Part shown: positions 1-13,762 of the stretch, piece after piece
Layout of the letters: every line of letters begins with the position of its first letter
How positions within the stretch are numbered: the stretch's first letter is position 1
Assembly (NCBI RefSeq): GCF_006345805.1
Contig: NC_042999.1
Coordinates: 127,968,001 to 128,032,000, forward strand
Length of the DNA stretch: 64,000 nucleotides
Direction of reading: 5' to 3'
Source: Octopus sinensis
Taxonomy: Eukaryota
Program-made: the position numbers and the translations under genes
The notes under the pieces: model-generated
What the model was told of the DNA's origin: nothing
What the model saw: only the letters and a program-made list of their open reading frames with translations
Databases searched by the model: none

Positions 1-2451
1 CTTTCAGCAGTGTCATTTGAAACAGCTATTTTGCCATGTCTGCATATATAGTATACATGAATATGTATGCATTTGTATATCTTTCACTGAAGTATATTGC
101 ATAAGATGTAGACATCAGTGAGAAAAACATAAACCGGTGCTTTCAAATGAAAATAGCCTGTGGTATTTGTTCCACCCAAGTGGAACAGATAATCTCTTGT
201 CACTGTTGTTCTTAGTAATGCAGCAAGCAAGTAGTTGCCTCTCTAGAAGCCTGTAACCAATGATGCTGTTGCAACTTAACATTATAGAAATTTATCACTT
301 TTACTGATCAGTAAAAGTAATATAAAAGTGACAATTTCTATAGTGTTTCAGTTGGTCCTGTCATCAGCTCATGTCTTATCTAATTACTATAATCAAGTAA
401 TTAAGGGATCTCTTTCTTCATTCTGCAGCATCTTTGGCTCTTATTGAATGAATTAGGATACTGCAAGCCAATGAAGGATCATCTACACAATCACTCAACC
501 TGTTAGAAACAAAAGTCAAGTCTCCTTCAAATCATACATGGCAACAACGGTGGCTAATTGCAAAAGCTTTCAACTATTATTATTAAATGGGATAATGGTG
601 GTGGTATTTCTTTCTTCTTTTTTTTTACCTTTTAATCTTTTCCCTGTATAAAATAAAAGAATAATTAAATTTGTAATTTTATTTTACCATTAAATAAAGC
701 ACTTTTATTTTCAGTTAATTTAATCTGACCAGCAAGTTCTTTCCCCACCTTCCTTTGATCTTTTATCTTTCATAACATGTCCAACCATTTAATTTGAACA
801 AAGTATGATGTATTGTTTTTATGCATTGTTTTGGATATGACTGTTTTTCTGTTTGGTAATGTTTGTTACTTTTCATTTGCTCTGTGGCACTAACTAATTT
901 TATAGCCTGTGCTGTTTGAAATACCGTTTTTATGTTGATATTGAAATATTATGCTTAAATGTATGCTACTACAATATGGAGTAATCTTTTACAAAAATAC
1001 ATATATAAATATATCAAATAGGTGCTTCTCATGCATGCTAAATTCTAAGATTAAGTAATTAGTTATTCAGTAATATTATGTAGTCAGTTTAATATCAGTG
1101 AAGATGAGATGACTAAGTGGATAACATATAAAGACTGTCTATTCATAAGTCATGCATTCAGATCCAATTTCATTTTGTTTCTGGAGAGAATACCTTATTC
1201 TACAAATCTCAGATCATTAAGCTGTTGCGAAGTTTTAGAAAAATCATCCTAGAAAATACTTATGATATACTGTTGTTTCTTCATCTACTTAATGCCTTGA
1301 AATTGGAACTACACACTACTGACATTAATATTTGCTTTGAATTAATATTATATTTATGTCACTCTTTTATAAGTGAGTTTTTTTTTTCCTATCTAAGGGA
1401 ATATAATTCCTATTTTTAAGGAAAGAATTCATAACAATTTGGTTACAAAAGAAATAAAATATTGTTGAAAAAAGATTAATATATTTTGACAAAAGCAAAG
1501 AAAGGTTTCAGGGTGGAATTTTTGTATTATAATTTTACTTCAATTTAGTAGTACTGAAGAATTAAGATTTTTGTTTTTTAAATCTCAAAGTAATTTCTAT
1601 ATTGAAGATATATCACCCAATAAATTGAAGTGGCCATCTAGAACAAATTCTAATTTTATATTTATTAAAGCTGAACATGTCTCTAAATTCTCCATTTAAA
1701 TCTCTCAGAGATTGGAATGTATTCTGGGTAAGCAATATATCTATACGCATGTGTTCATGTACACGCACACACATGCACATGGACCACAGAAACAGAAATG
1801 CCTTGTTATGTGGAAACTATCACTGTGTTAGTGCCTGGTTCTTGCCCGATTGTAAATAGTTAGAAAGACTATATATTCCAGGATTTGACTGGTCTTCACA
1901 CTCTGTTGTTGAATTTGTACTAACTTCACACAAGTGTTTCTATTACAATATTATTGTTTTATAACTGAATATCCTGTTCCAGAAATTATGCATATAAGAG
2001 CACTTTTTTCATTACTTATTGATAATTAATTTCCTTTACAAATATTAATATTGGCTATTTTTGTTCTCATAATTGTTATTTCACTGAAGTGAGGTTCATT
2101 TATTGAGATGAGGGGAATAATATTATGAATATTACACTCCACTACTGTGTCTTTTAGATTGTACCTTGCTTCTTTGCTGGATATTGATTTTACTCACTTT
2201 ATTCAAGAAGAGGTGGTGGATGACAAATGCACTGTAGTGTAATCAGTAAATGTGGAAGACATGCAAACAATAAGACACATTGTCTAAACTTTGTCAGTGG
2301 AGTTGTGTTTTGTCTGTGTCAAGCTGGTGGTGCTTATAATGTCCAATATTATTTACTTAAGTGTTTGTTGCAAATGTCTCTGTTGCTTACCAATGGACAG
2401 ACGTTTTTCACTGTTAATGAAATGGCTAACGTAATCTGCCATGTTTTCTAG

Positions 2452-2562
2452 CATCGAGCAACAGATGAACCAAAATACAAAGGAGAGAAACAGCTGAAGC
2501 CTAAATCCATGAGAGTTAAAGATGCTGCTGAAGAAGTCCTTACGTGTATTATTGACCAAGTG
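2452..2562 (+). CDS. RALGAPB: RALGAPB coding exon (first in window; gene continues upstream)
   Basis: ttttctag|...|gtaaat, 111 nt, phase 0. Encodes HRATDEPKYKGEKQLKPKSMRVKDAAEEVLTCIIDQV, matching the RalGAPbeta KYKGDK..SMRVKDAAE..LTCI segment. Confidence 0.93.
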
Positions 2563-2645
2563 GTAAATTTATTTCAATGATATATTATTTTGTTTTCTTG
2601 GTACCTATTAATTGATTATGAATTAACTTATAAGGTTTTAATCTA

Positions 2646-3844
2646 TTGGGTCATCACATGAATAATGCAGTTTTTTCAATTGCATGATCTAAAAATCAGA
2701 GGGGGATGGGATAAACTACCTGCATCAACTTGCTATAACAGCAGGTAGTAATTTTACCTTGTACTTATTCTTAATGCAAGTGACAAAGAATATTCGGCAT
2801 ATTTTGCTTTATGAGTTCAATAAAGGCAACAACACAACAGGAAGTGCAAGGAACATTGATGCAGTATATTGGGATCAGACATTAAGCATAAGCCAGTGTC
2901 ACTGGTGGTTCCAAAAATTCTGAGCCAGAAACTGCAGCCAAGAAGATGAGCCTCGTTCTGGAAGATCTGTAGAGCTTGACAAGGACATCCTGCAAACCCT
3001 GGTGAAACAAAATCCCATTGTAACTGTTGAGGAACTAGCAGAGAAGCTTGTATTTGGTCATTCACCCATTCATCAACAACTGCGTGCCATTGGAAAAGTT
3101 AGCAAATTGGGTCAGTGGGTTCCTCACAAACTTTCCAAGTTTAATCGCATGCAGAGAGTGAATGTGTGCTCTTCTTTACTGTCACGTCTCTCAAATGAAA
3201 CGTTTTTGAACTGAACAGTGACTGGTGACAAGAAATGGGTTCTTTATAAAAATATCAAGTGCCGAAGACAGTGGGTAGGGAAAGGAGAAACATTAGTACC
3301 CCAGGTTAAAGAAGGTCTTCACCCACGTAAGGTGTTGTTATCTGTTTGGTGGGATATGAAAGGTTTAGTCCACTTTGAACATTTAAACCCAGCTTGAGTG
3401 GCTTAAGTCAGCACTAGAAGAAAAACAACCATCTTTAGTTTCGAGATAAAAAATGTTCTTCCATCAGGATAATGCTTGGCCACATACAGCGAGTATGACA
3501 TTCCAAAGGCTGGAGCAGGTTGAATGAGAAACAATGCCCCACCCGCCATATTCGCCGGACATTGCCCCATCTGATTATCATTTATTCCTCAGTTTTCAGA
3601 ATCATTTGGATGAAAAACAAAAATGAATTCTGTAGACAAGGTCAGAACAGTAGTGGAGAAGTATTTTTTGTCATGGGTAAGTGAATTTTGGAAGAGGGGC
3701 TTTGCATGTCTACAAGATAGATGGAAGAGCATTGTAGAAAATGAAGGAGAGTATATTTTAGATTAAAAAAGAACTTTGGTTATCTTAATTTTGAAAAATA
3801 AAAGAAGTATAAAAAAAAAGCAAATTATTTATGAGATGAGCCAA
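2646..3844 (+). mobile_element. Full-length but decayed mariner DNA transposon in RALGAPB intron
   Basis: TA-flanked imperfect TIRs (ttgggtcatcacatgaataatgc / gcaaattatttatgagatgagccaa). Transposase motifs WVPHKL, VTGDKKW, HQDNA and HPPYSPDIAPSDYHLF, broken by stops and frameshifts. Confidence 0.92.
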
Positions 3845-3954
3845 TAAATCATATCAGATATTGTACGCATAATTTTGGTAGCATCCCCATCATTTGCCAC
3901 CTACTAAAAAATAAGCAAACCTTATACAAATTTGCAATAATTTCTTGGTTTCAG

Positions 3955-4132
3955 GGAGCATTTCCACCTCCATGTGGCCCAGAATCCTTGTTCTCTTTAC
4001 TTGATGAGCAGTCTCTTCTTAAATATGCTAAAAATACTTCCTCACATGACCAAGGTTCACCATTCCGTTACTTTGTGCTTGAAAACTCAATAATTCTTGC
4101 ACTCTTAGAACAGCCACTTGGAAACTTAGAAG
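3955..4132 (+). CDS. RALGAPB: RALGAPB coding exon
   Basis: ttggtttcag|...|gtaaga. Encodes GAFPPPCGPESLFSLLDEQSLLKYAK...FRYFVLENSIILALLEQPLGN, the conserved RalGAPbeta motif. Phases fit both neighbours. Confidence 0.95.
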
Positions 4133-4232
4133 GTAAGATGTTACAGTATCTTTTGTTGATCAACATCATCAAATATTAACAAGGATTTAACTGATTTGGA
4201 TAATAATGATTTTGTTTAATGCCTGTTTTACA

Positions 4233-4271
<39 letters not shown>

Positions 4272-5303
4272 ACTTCAATAATTTATAATATGACTTTTAA
4301 AATCTGTATTTGTATTATTATCTTATCTATTGATTTATATAATATTTTGTATGCTTTTGATGTTCTCATTTGTAAAACGAATAAATAATCTAACATTATA
4401 ATATCTGTAAATTGATGAACAAACTAAATTTGTTTCTCCATTTGTAATATATATATATATATGTATATATACTCACACATATACACACACACAATCAACA
4501 AGGCAGTTTCTATATAATCATTTAATTTAATCATTGCTCGTTTCTCACCTTACTATCTTTAAAATGGAGTGTCATCTCAGTAATAAATTATAGGACAGCA
4601 TCATCCATCATCATCATTTAATATCCGTTTTCCATGCTGGGATGGGTTGAACAATTTTATCAGAGCTGGTAAGCCTTGCGGGGCCATACCAGTCTCCATT
4701 GTCTCTTCATGGTTTCTACAGCTGGATGCCCTTCCTAATGCCAACAACACAGAGTGTACTGGAAACTTTTTATGTAGCACTAGCACCAGTGCATTTAATG
4801 TGGCACCAGCGCCAGTGCTTTTTATGTGGCACCAACCAAGCTATCAATTCTGCTATGGCAGACAGATCTTCTTGAGTACAGCAAGGTACCAGATATCTCG
4901 GTCCTTTGCCAGCTCCTTTTGCATTCACTACTTTTATCCCATGCCTTCCTGGGTCTCCTTCGTCCATGGGTTCCAGCCACTTTAAGTGATCGGCACTTCT
5001 GTATGCAACTGTCTACATCCATGCAATAATTATGGCATGGCTACAGTTAGACTAACAATTTATTCTTCCATTGTCTATTTGCATATCATAGAACAGAATT
5101 CATCATGGCTGTCTTTCAATGCTTCCTTTTCATCATACACCATTGCTGTCTCCATACCATTGTTATCTCCATATGATAGAACAGAACTGATCAAAGCTAC
5201 TAATTGTTTTTAATTTTTTTATTATCAATTAAAATTAAATTTGTTCAAGTATTAAATTTTAAAAATCTTACTCTTTTATTTTTCTCCTTGTTCTTTAAAT
5301 TAG

Positions 5304-5395
5304 ATCCATTACCTACAGTAACAGCCCTCATCCGTGGTCCTTTTGGACGACATGCCTGGACTATGCAACTTCGACACCAGCCACGCAAAGTAATT
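5304..5395 (+). CDS. RALGAPB: RALGAPB coding exon (two possible donors, after 5389 or 5395)
   Basis: aaattag| then DPLPTVTALIRGPFGRHAWTMQLRHQPRK(VI). Donors gtaatt (5390) and gtaagt (5396) are both in frame. Confidence 0.92.
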
Positions 5396-6489
5396 GTAAG
5401 TTTTATTGTTTAGCTGCTCTGCACGTCTTGATCGTTTTGATGCCAGGAAGAAGCTGCAGCCATTGTTTAGTACCAGTAAAGGCAATCTATTTTAACATGG
5501 AAATACTCATATTTTGACTACATTTACTTCATTTTTGTATCTGGTTTGCAAGATTCTTTATGTGAATTTATGTGTTGAAACAAATTTTGTTGTGTCTAGG
5601 GAGAGTCATTACACCAGTATTAATAACATGCTGGGTGTTTTTAATATGGCACCAGCATGAGCACTTTTACATGATGCTGGCACAAGTGCTTTATATGTGA
5701 CACTGGTACAGAGTTGTTGCAGGACAATCCTCTTCAAGAAGGAGCAGCATTAGCACTTCTGCTGTGGAAAATGGGTGTTCTTGAGTACAGCAAGGCACCA
5801 GATATCTCGGTCCTTTATCATCTCTTCTGTAAGGTTCAGTGTCCTGAGATCGCCCTTTGGTACTTCATCCCATGTCTTTCTGGATTTCATTTTTCCATGA
5901 GTTCCATCCACTTTGATTGATGAGCACTCCTTTATGGAGCTATCAATAAATATGTATAATCATTTATCTAGTAAGAGATCGTTAAAGAACTGTAACTAGT
6001 TAATGAGAAAGTTGATACAAACCTTTAGATTTATAATTTAAATCAATTAATGATTTCATTTTATTTCATATATAATCAAGGGTTCTGAAAATAGTAATGT
6101 AATAGAAATTAAATAACTGCGAAATTTTGGTATTGAAATATATATATAATAATAGTTTAGAGATGTTAAACGCATGAAAAATAGTAGTTAGAAGCTAGTG
6201 CTATCATATTAAATGTATGGACCTCCTGTATGCGGAGCAGAAGTGCAAAAAATATCGTTCGTTGAATGAGTGTCTTTTCTTCATTGCATAATTATTTGTT
6301 AATTGCTTTTTAATGCTCCCTGCTTTGCTACATTAACTCTAACATAGCAGTTTATATTATATATTGTATTTGCTTGTGTATAAGTCACACTGTTTTATAT
6401 TTGATTTTTACTGAAAAAATGGGCTAAAACTATTGAGGAAAAGAAAAATTTGTACCTAGGATTGCAACTTATACATAAGCAAATACATA

Positions 6490-6548
<59 letters not shown>

Positions 6549-6585
6549 AACCGTTTTTATTTTCTATTTTTCATAATTTCAACAG

Positions 6586-6710
6586 AACAACTCCAAAGCT
6601 AATGTTTCTCAGGTTCAACGACCGTTTCCCATGGAGAATGTTGGCTTTAAACACAATGTAAAGCATCGATATTTTCCTGAGATTGTAGAAACAATTCCTG
6701 CAACAAAATT
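6586..6710 (+). CDS. RALGAPB: RALGAPB coding exon
   Basis: caacag|...|gtaagt. Encodes NNSKANVSQVQRPFPMENVGFKHNVKHRYFPEIVETIPATK (cf. [21 protein letters not shown]). Confidence 0.92.
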
Positions 6711-7999
6711 GTAAGTAAAATTGTTCTGCTCTAAATCTCCAAAAACTATAATCGAGCTTTTTTTGTTCCCCTATTCTCTTCATTTATCTTTTATATATTT
6801 TACTTGTCTCAGTCATTGGACTGCAGCCAAGCTGGGCACCAACTTGAAGAGATTTTAAGCAAACAACTCGAACCTTGTACTTAATTTTTTTTTTTTTTTT
6901 TTTTTGTTATCAAGTCTGGTACTTATTCTATTGATCACTTTTGCCAAACTGTTATGAAGACATAAACAAAGAACACCAATTGTCAAGTGGTGGCACAGGG
7001 ACAAACACAGATACAAAATCTCACACACACATATACGACAGGTTTCCATGCAATTTCTGTCTATCAAATTCACTCTTAGCACATTGGTTGTCTCATGGTT
7101 ATATAAGTAGAGAACACTTGACCAAAGTAGTATGCAGTGCCACATGGTTGCAAAGCTAGCTTCTTAACCATGCCGAAGTATCGAACCCACGACCTAATGA
7201 TAGTGAAACCCAATGTCGTGTGCTTCACTATTCTGCAAAGTCTCCAAGTAATCATCACTTTCATTATTCTAGAAGTAATAGAAATGTTGCTATCGTTTTG
7301 CTATTAACTTTCAAATTCTAAGGGCGATAATTTTTTTTTATTTGAAGTTAATCCCCTTTGGATACATACATGTGTGAGTGTGTGTGTGTGTAATTGAGGT
7401 ATGTTAGTGACATCAGATCCCAGTGCTAACATTTATACTCTGTTCAACTTGAGTTTGCTGGAATTTTTTCAACTTTGCCCTCTTCCTTTTTATTTTGGTC
7501 TAAAAATGATGATGGTCTTAGTGAGCAAACAAACAACCAACCAACCACTTTGCAAAGGGCAAAGTATGTTGGTCTATTTGCAAACTTATGGACTCTCTAT
7601 TTATTTATTTACTTTTTTATGTAATTACTTTTTATTTTTTTACATTAAGAAGCAGATGATGAATGAAAAAAAGAAAAGGCATTGCTTCGGGAGTCAATGT
7701 TTTCAGAAAGGCATGAATGCTACGAATTCCCTTATATAGTCTGGAAAAAAAAAATTATCAGTGTTTAAAAATTTCTATCCCTTTTTTCCCTTATATTATG
7801 AAATATCTGGTGAGTGGCCTGGCTAACTAACCCTTTACCATGTTTCTGTTGAAAAACACACTGTTTAATTGAAAATTAACTTGACACTTTGAAAGAAAGT
7901 TTTAATCTAAGAACACTTTATCATCAACCCAGAGACAGTTTCAGGCAATTGGTATTAAAAGGGTTGAATAAACCATTCCCCAAAATAGTAAGGATCTTG

Positions 8000-8535
8000 G
8001 AAACTGTTGGCAAGAAAGTAATTTCGTTTTTCTCAAATAGATAGAGTTATGATTTTTGAGTGACTTTTTTGTTAATGTTTTGACATTTGAAAGTTGTTAC
8101 GTTTAGCTTTCTTTAGAAGTAAATTGCATGTAATTTTGTTCACAACTGTTAGTTCAGTGTCAGTTGTAACATGGAGTGCAAAAACAAACTTTTCACCTTA
8201 TTTTCCATTTTTATTTCTATGAAGGCTCACAAAGAGATATGTGAAGTTTATGGCATTGATTGCTTAATAGAATGCACCTGTCAGAAATGATTTTAAAAAT
8301 TCCGTTCTGGAGATTTTTCACTCAAAGATGACCTAATCAAATCTAAGCCGTAATTGAATCAAGTTATAGCTGTGCGAGAGGTTGCAGAGAGGTTAAATGT
8401 ATCACACACAACAACTGAAAATCACTTAGAATGTCTTGGACTTGTTAAGAAGCTTGATATTTGGGTTTCACATAAATTGAAAGAGAGTCACTTAACACAA
8501 TGAATCGATATTTGCGATATGCATCTCAAATGCTC
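8000..8535 (+). mobile_element. mariner transposase 5' fragment
   Basis: Degraded N-terminal reading ...KKFRSGDFSLKD...LGLVKKLDIWVSHKLKE. Boundaries approximate. Confidence 0.7.
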
Positions 8536-8735
8536 CTATCAAACACACTCATAATAATCATTTTGAAATCATGTAATCATCATCATCATCATCATCGTTT
8601 AACGTCCGCTTTATTCATTTTCAAATTTTATTTTATTGCTTTGATTTAGACTCACACACATACATATATTTTGGCTAAAAATTATTCATTTTACTTTATT
8701 AGAGATTTCAGTTTAATAATTTTTATCTTTTACAG

Positions 8736-8918
8736 AGAATTCAGCATTCCAACTATGGAGTCTATTGTAACAGAGAAGACTTCATCTGAACTTGAAGTTC
8801 TTCGACAGATAATAGACACACAAGTAGCTTTTGAAAATAATATTGCTGAACAGGTCACTGAGAAGAGAAAACGTAACTGTCATCAAGTTAACTCCGACAC
8901 AGAATGCAAACCACCCAA
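8736..8918 (+). CDS. RALGAPB: RALGAPB coding exon
   Basis: tttacag|...|gtaagt. Encodes EFSIPTMESIVTEKTSSELEVLRQIIDTQVAFE...TECKPP, phase 2 at both ends. Confidence 0.92.
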
Positions 8919-9400
8919 GTAAGTTTTGCTGCCAAAAGCAGACTGCCAGTTATTGCTCTTATCTTAGGAAGTTTCTAAATGAGCAGTGATGAGCTCAACA
9001 TTTTCCTCAAAGTCTATGCTTCTTTGAAGTACAGACTCTATTTTTATGTCTTAAATCGTCTTATAACATGACCCCACCACACCACCACCACCAGAGAGAG
9101 AGAGAGGGGAAAAGTTTAAAGTGACCCCTCTTTGAATACAAACACAACAATAAGGTTTTTAATCCAAATTGATAAGGGAGAAACATTTACATATTTTTTA
9201 ATGCAAAATGTATGGATGTTTTTTTTTTCCTTGTCTGTTAATTTTAATCATCAGAGCTATCCAACAACTATTTGATCCCCATGTAACAAAGAAAGAAGAA
9301 AAAAACTCTTTTGTTTCTTCATCAACCATGGAAGAATGTTTGAAGGTTTAGAAAGCAGAGATAAACATTGTTGTGCAAGATGTGTAGTGTTAGTGTACAT

Positions 9401-9733
9401 CAGGTGTTCTCAACAATTTTTTACCTATGGACCTCTTTGATTTCCATTTTCTTCTGGTGGACCCCTTTGGCCATTCGATGTTTTAAAACTATTTTTGTAG
9501 AAACTTCTTTCAAAATTCCTACTTTGTCTTTCACACATTAACTTGGGTAAGTTGAACTATGTAAAATATTAGAGAAAAAGAACCTAGATGTTTCTTGCAA
9601 TACATAACCAATACATACATTTAGAGCAAAATTTTTTCAGGGGCCCTTAAAATACTATTCTGGATGCCCAGTATACCATTTTGTTGTATAGACCTCCCAA
9701 AAATCGTATGTGAACCCCAGTTGAGAACCACTG
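9401..9733. mobile_element. hAT-type non-autonomous element (MITE)
   Basis: TIRs caggtgttctcaac / gttgagaaccactg with an exact 8-bp target-site duplication gtgtacat (9393-9400 and 9734-9741). Confidence 0.88.
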
Positions 9734-10500
9734 GTGTACATGAACAACAGAGCACATATGGGCTGTGAAAAAGACTGGGCATAAGAGGAATCAGATGTAG
9801 TTTGCTAAAGAGAAGACTAAACTGTTGACATTTAATGCATTTGGAGGATTAAATTGTGTAATGAAATGCCAAACAATCCAAGGGAAAGAATTACACAGAA
9901 GAGGTAGATCAATGAAGGCATTAGTAGAAGTGGTGAAAACTGATTTCAAGATGCTAAACTTTTTAAAAGGAATCATGGAGGATTACAAATGGCAAGATGC
10001 TGTACTGGAGGATGTCTGTCCAAACCATGCTGAAATGGAAAACAGACATTAAAATGATAATAATTATCTTTGAATCTTCAAATCATTACTTAGGTGTTAT
10101 TTTAAAGTGTGTTTTAAAATTTGATTATAAGTTTATGCCTGACGTTTCATATATCCTTTTCACACTAACATGTATGAAGACGCGCTGCTTGCTTTGGGTA
10201 AAAGAAAATACAGGAGGACCACTAAATTATGATTTTATTCAACATATTCCCCTTCTCAGATTCACGCATTTATTACAGTGGTCCTTCAGTTTTTTGAAGC
10301 CCTGTAAAAGAACTTAGAAGGTTGGGCCTCCAACCAGGCCTTTCTTGATACCCTTAAAGTCTAGAACTTTTCAGCAGCACCCCCACCCCCATATATATGA
10401 GCCATTACAATATTCCCCCAACTACCTCGAATACTTGCAGGTTTTTTTTTTCTTTTGCTAAAAAGACTACTTTTTGTGACACTATTTTCTTTCATTTCAG

Positions 10501-10573
10501 AATTCGAAATGAGTTTCAGACAGCACGGTTATTTCTTTCACATTATGGGTTCCTTTCTCTGGAAGCACTGAGG
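10501..10573 (+). CDS. RALGAPB: RALGAPB coding exon
   Basis: catttcag|...|gtatgt. Encodes [24 protein letters not shown], near-identical to the RalGAPbeta [21 protein letters not shown] motif. Confidence 0.96.
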
Positions 10574-10789
10574 GTATGTTTGATTTGATCTGGTTATTAT
10601 ACATCTATAGTTTGGAACAAAATTGTGCTTGTAACAGTTTATAATGATTGATTGATTCTAGTTTCAGCTCATGAGCTGTGGCCATGCTGGGGCACTTATT
10701 CACTTTACATGCAGAAATCAATGAAGATTGTTGGAGAAGCAAACCTCAAATATATTAACAAAATATGCATTTTTCATTTAAGATGGGGT

Positions 10790-11620
10790 TTGCTCTAATA
10801 GCCAAGTCACTGCCAGAACTAGAGACGAAGTTTAGGGTGTGGAAGCAAGGTCTAGAATCGAAGGGCCTTAGGGTTAACCTAGCAAAAATCAAAGTCTTAG
10901 TAAATAGGAAGGCTGTCAAATTACAAACTCCATCGAGAAATAAAACTAGTATGCTCCACTGGATGTATAATGTCAGTGTGCATACATGACAGAGAGTAAG
11001 AACCCTAAGAAAAGAAGTTGGGTATAAGAAGCATCAAAGGTGGTGTGCAAGAGAGGCGACTGCATTGGTATGGTCATGTGTTATGTATGGATGAGGACAG
11101 CTGTGTGAGGAAGTGCCACTCATTAACTGTGGAAGGAACCTGTAGAAGAGGTAGACCCAGGAAGGCATGGGATAAAATGGTGAAGCATGATCTTCAAACA
11201 TTGAGTCTCACAGAGGCAATGACAGGAGACTGAGACCTTTGGAGATATGCTGTGATTGAGAAGACCCAGCAACTAAAGTGAGATCGCAGCCATGCATGTC
11301 CGGCCCAATTAAGAGTACCCCTCATGTGTTGGGTGATATGATATGCTTGAGAAGACCTGTTGAGTCAAGTAAAACCAATATCGTAGCTGTGGCCAATGCC
11401 CCCTGACTGGCTCCCGTGTTGGTGGCATTTAAAAAGCACCATCTGAACGTGGCTAATGCCAGTACCCACTGACTGACTCCTGTGCTGGTGGCACATAAAA
11501 AGCACCCTCTACACTCATAGTGGTTGGCATTAGGAAGGGCATCCAGCTGTAGAAACATTGCCAGATCAGATTGGAGCCCAGTGCAGCTGCTGGCTCTCCA
11601 GACCTCAGTCAAACTGTTAA
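10790..11620 (+). mobile_element. RTE-clade LINE 3' fragment (internally deleted ORF plus 3' UTR)
   Basis: WKQGLESKGLRVNLAKIKVLV and ERRLHWYGHVLCMDEDSCVRKC..VEGTCRRGRPRKAW are typical RTE C-terminal motifs. Followed by the tggttggcattaggaagggcatccagc tail shared across the window. Confidence 0.85.
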
Positions 11621-12779
11621 AGCATCAGTAACATATATAATTTCTAATTTTGGTACAAGGCCAGTGGGTGGGTAGCTGATGACATTGACCTCAGGTTTTG
11701 ACTAGTACTTTATTTTATCGACCCTGAAAGGGTTGGATGCTGAACCTTTCAGACAAGATGACAAAAGACTGAGATGCCAGCTGCTTTGTTGTACTCAAGA
11801 AGACCCATACCCTGTAGCAGGAGTGTTAAGATCGATCCTTCTGGTGTTGTAAAGCACTTGTAGTGGTGCCATGTAAAAGCACCCATGTGGTGCCATATAA
11901 AAGTGCCTGTGCAGTGCCATGTAAAAGCAGCCAGCACACTTTGTAAAGCAGTTGGCATTAGGAAGGGTATCCAGCCATAGAAACCAGGCCAAATCAGGCT
12001 GTAGTCTGGTGCAGCTCTCCAGAGCTTGTCATCTCTGGTCAAACTGTCCAATGCATGCCAGCATGGATAACAGACATTAAATGATGATAATAATGATGAT
12101 GATGATGAAAGGATAAAGAGCAAAGTTGATCTCATCAGGATTTAAGCTGAGACTGTACAGAGCAGGGAGAAATGCTGCTAAGCATTTTTTGTCTGATGTG
12201 CTAACAATTCTGTTGGCTTGCCACCTTATTAATAATGATAATAGTAATTGTCTCTACTGTAGACACATGGCCTGGAATTTTGTGGTGGGGTGGGGTAAGT
12301 CGATTACATTGACTCCAGTACTTCACTGTATTTATTTTATCAACTCCAAAAGGATAAAAGATAAAGTCAGCTTCGGCATAATTTGAACTCAGATGAAATG
12401 CTGCTAAGCATCCTACCTGGTATGCTTATGATTCTTCAATCAGCTCACCACCTTGATAATAATAATGATAATAATAATTATTATTATTTTGAGAAGACCA
12501 ACAACAGTGGAAGAACTGTGTTTTCAATTTTTATTTCTTTTTTTGTTCAAATTTAGCATTGCTTCTTCTTGGTATATATTGGCGAAAGGATTATTATATT
12601 AACTCTGCATTAAATATTGAATACCAGCCCCATACATTTGAATTAACAAGGATACATATATTTTTTTAATTATGTGTGTGTTTATAGTCATGATTCATTA
12701 TTGCATCAACTAAATTTTTGAATTTAAATCCATTTTGACAACAAAATCATCATAGGTTCTAATTTCAATTTGTTGAAAG

Positions 12780-12953
12780 GAATCAAGTAACAGCAGCGTT
12801 CCTCCACCCTTGGTAATTTTAGACAGTACAAACAGTGCCTTGTTCTCAGATCTTGAAACATTAGATGGAATTCCAAGCCGTGATAGTGATACTGTGCATG
12901 TGTTTTACATGAAGTCTGGCCAGAAAACTCCTGAAGAAATTGTACAAAATGTG
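12780..12953 (+). CDS. RALGAPB: RALGAPB coding exon (start of Rap/Ran-GAP-like domain)
   Basis: gttgaaag|...|gtaatg, 174 nt. Encodes ESSNSSVPPPLVILDSTNSALFSDLETLDGIPSRDSDTVHVFYMKSGQKTPEEIVQNV. Confidence 0.93.
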
Positions 12954-13762
12954 GTAATGTCTTTTTGTATTTTCCTTCAAATTGACACATGTTATAAATC
13001 AGAAGTTAACTGTTTAAGTCTTTAGTTGACTAACCCCAAACTAGCAAATTCAAACTCCATTTCATATTATCACATTGTCATGTTCCTTTCTGTGTTTTTA
13101 CTGGTATTATTCTCTCTCTATCCATACTTATATATCTATCTATCTATCTACCTCCAGTTGCGCATGCATACATGCATATAATTGCATTCTTATGCACTCA
13201 TATATTCTAATGAAATACCTCTTTTTAGTTATCTATATATTTGTTTACAAATACACAGATGTACATATTTGAAAAAATACCTATGTATTTGTTTATTCTA
13301 TTTTCTTTTCGTCAGCATGAGTGGGATATAATAGAACAATTTAAATGTCTCTTAAAGAGAAACTGTTACCTATTTTCCAGATAAGAAAGCTTCAGTAATG
13401 AGTAAAATATCTTGTTGAGAGGTAGTTTTCAACCTGTTAAAATATCTGTAAATGTAAATAAAATTAGTTTAAAAATGCAGGTTGTTTCAGCAGTCATCCT
13501 CAGTCAACACTCTGGCTTAATGGAGAAGACTGGTAGTTTGGAAGTTGGTGAATGATCACTCAATTTAGCAGTAATGTATACTCAAGTGTTATACATCAGA
13601 TGTCATCTGAAGTTTGATGTTTTCAGTGTAGCAATAAAACTAAATTCTATCATATAATGACAAAACCAAAGCTGTATTTTATCATTGTAAGGTGACAAAA
13701 AATGGAATGTGTATTCCAGAATGAAGGCCATACTGAACCTAATACTTGAAACCCATACTAAA

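Noticed and set aside
1709-1727. Possible 19-nt microexon (ctctcag|AGATTGGAATGTATTCTGG|gtaagc)
   Set aside because: The splice signals look plausible, but there is no similarity to the expected RalGAPbeta sequence and the length is not a multiple of three. Cannot be supported without transcripts.
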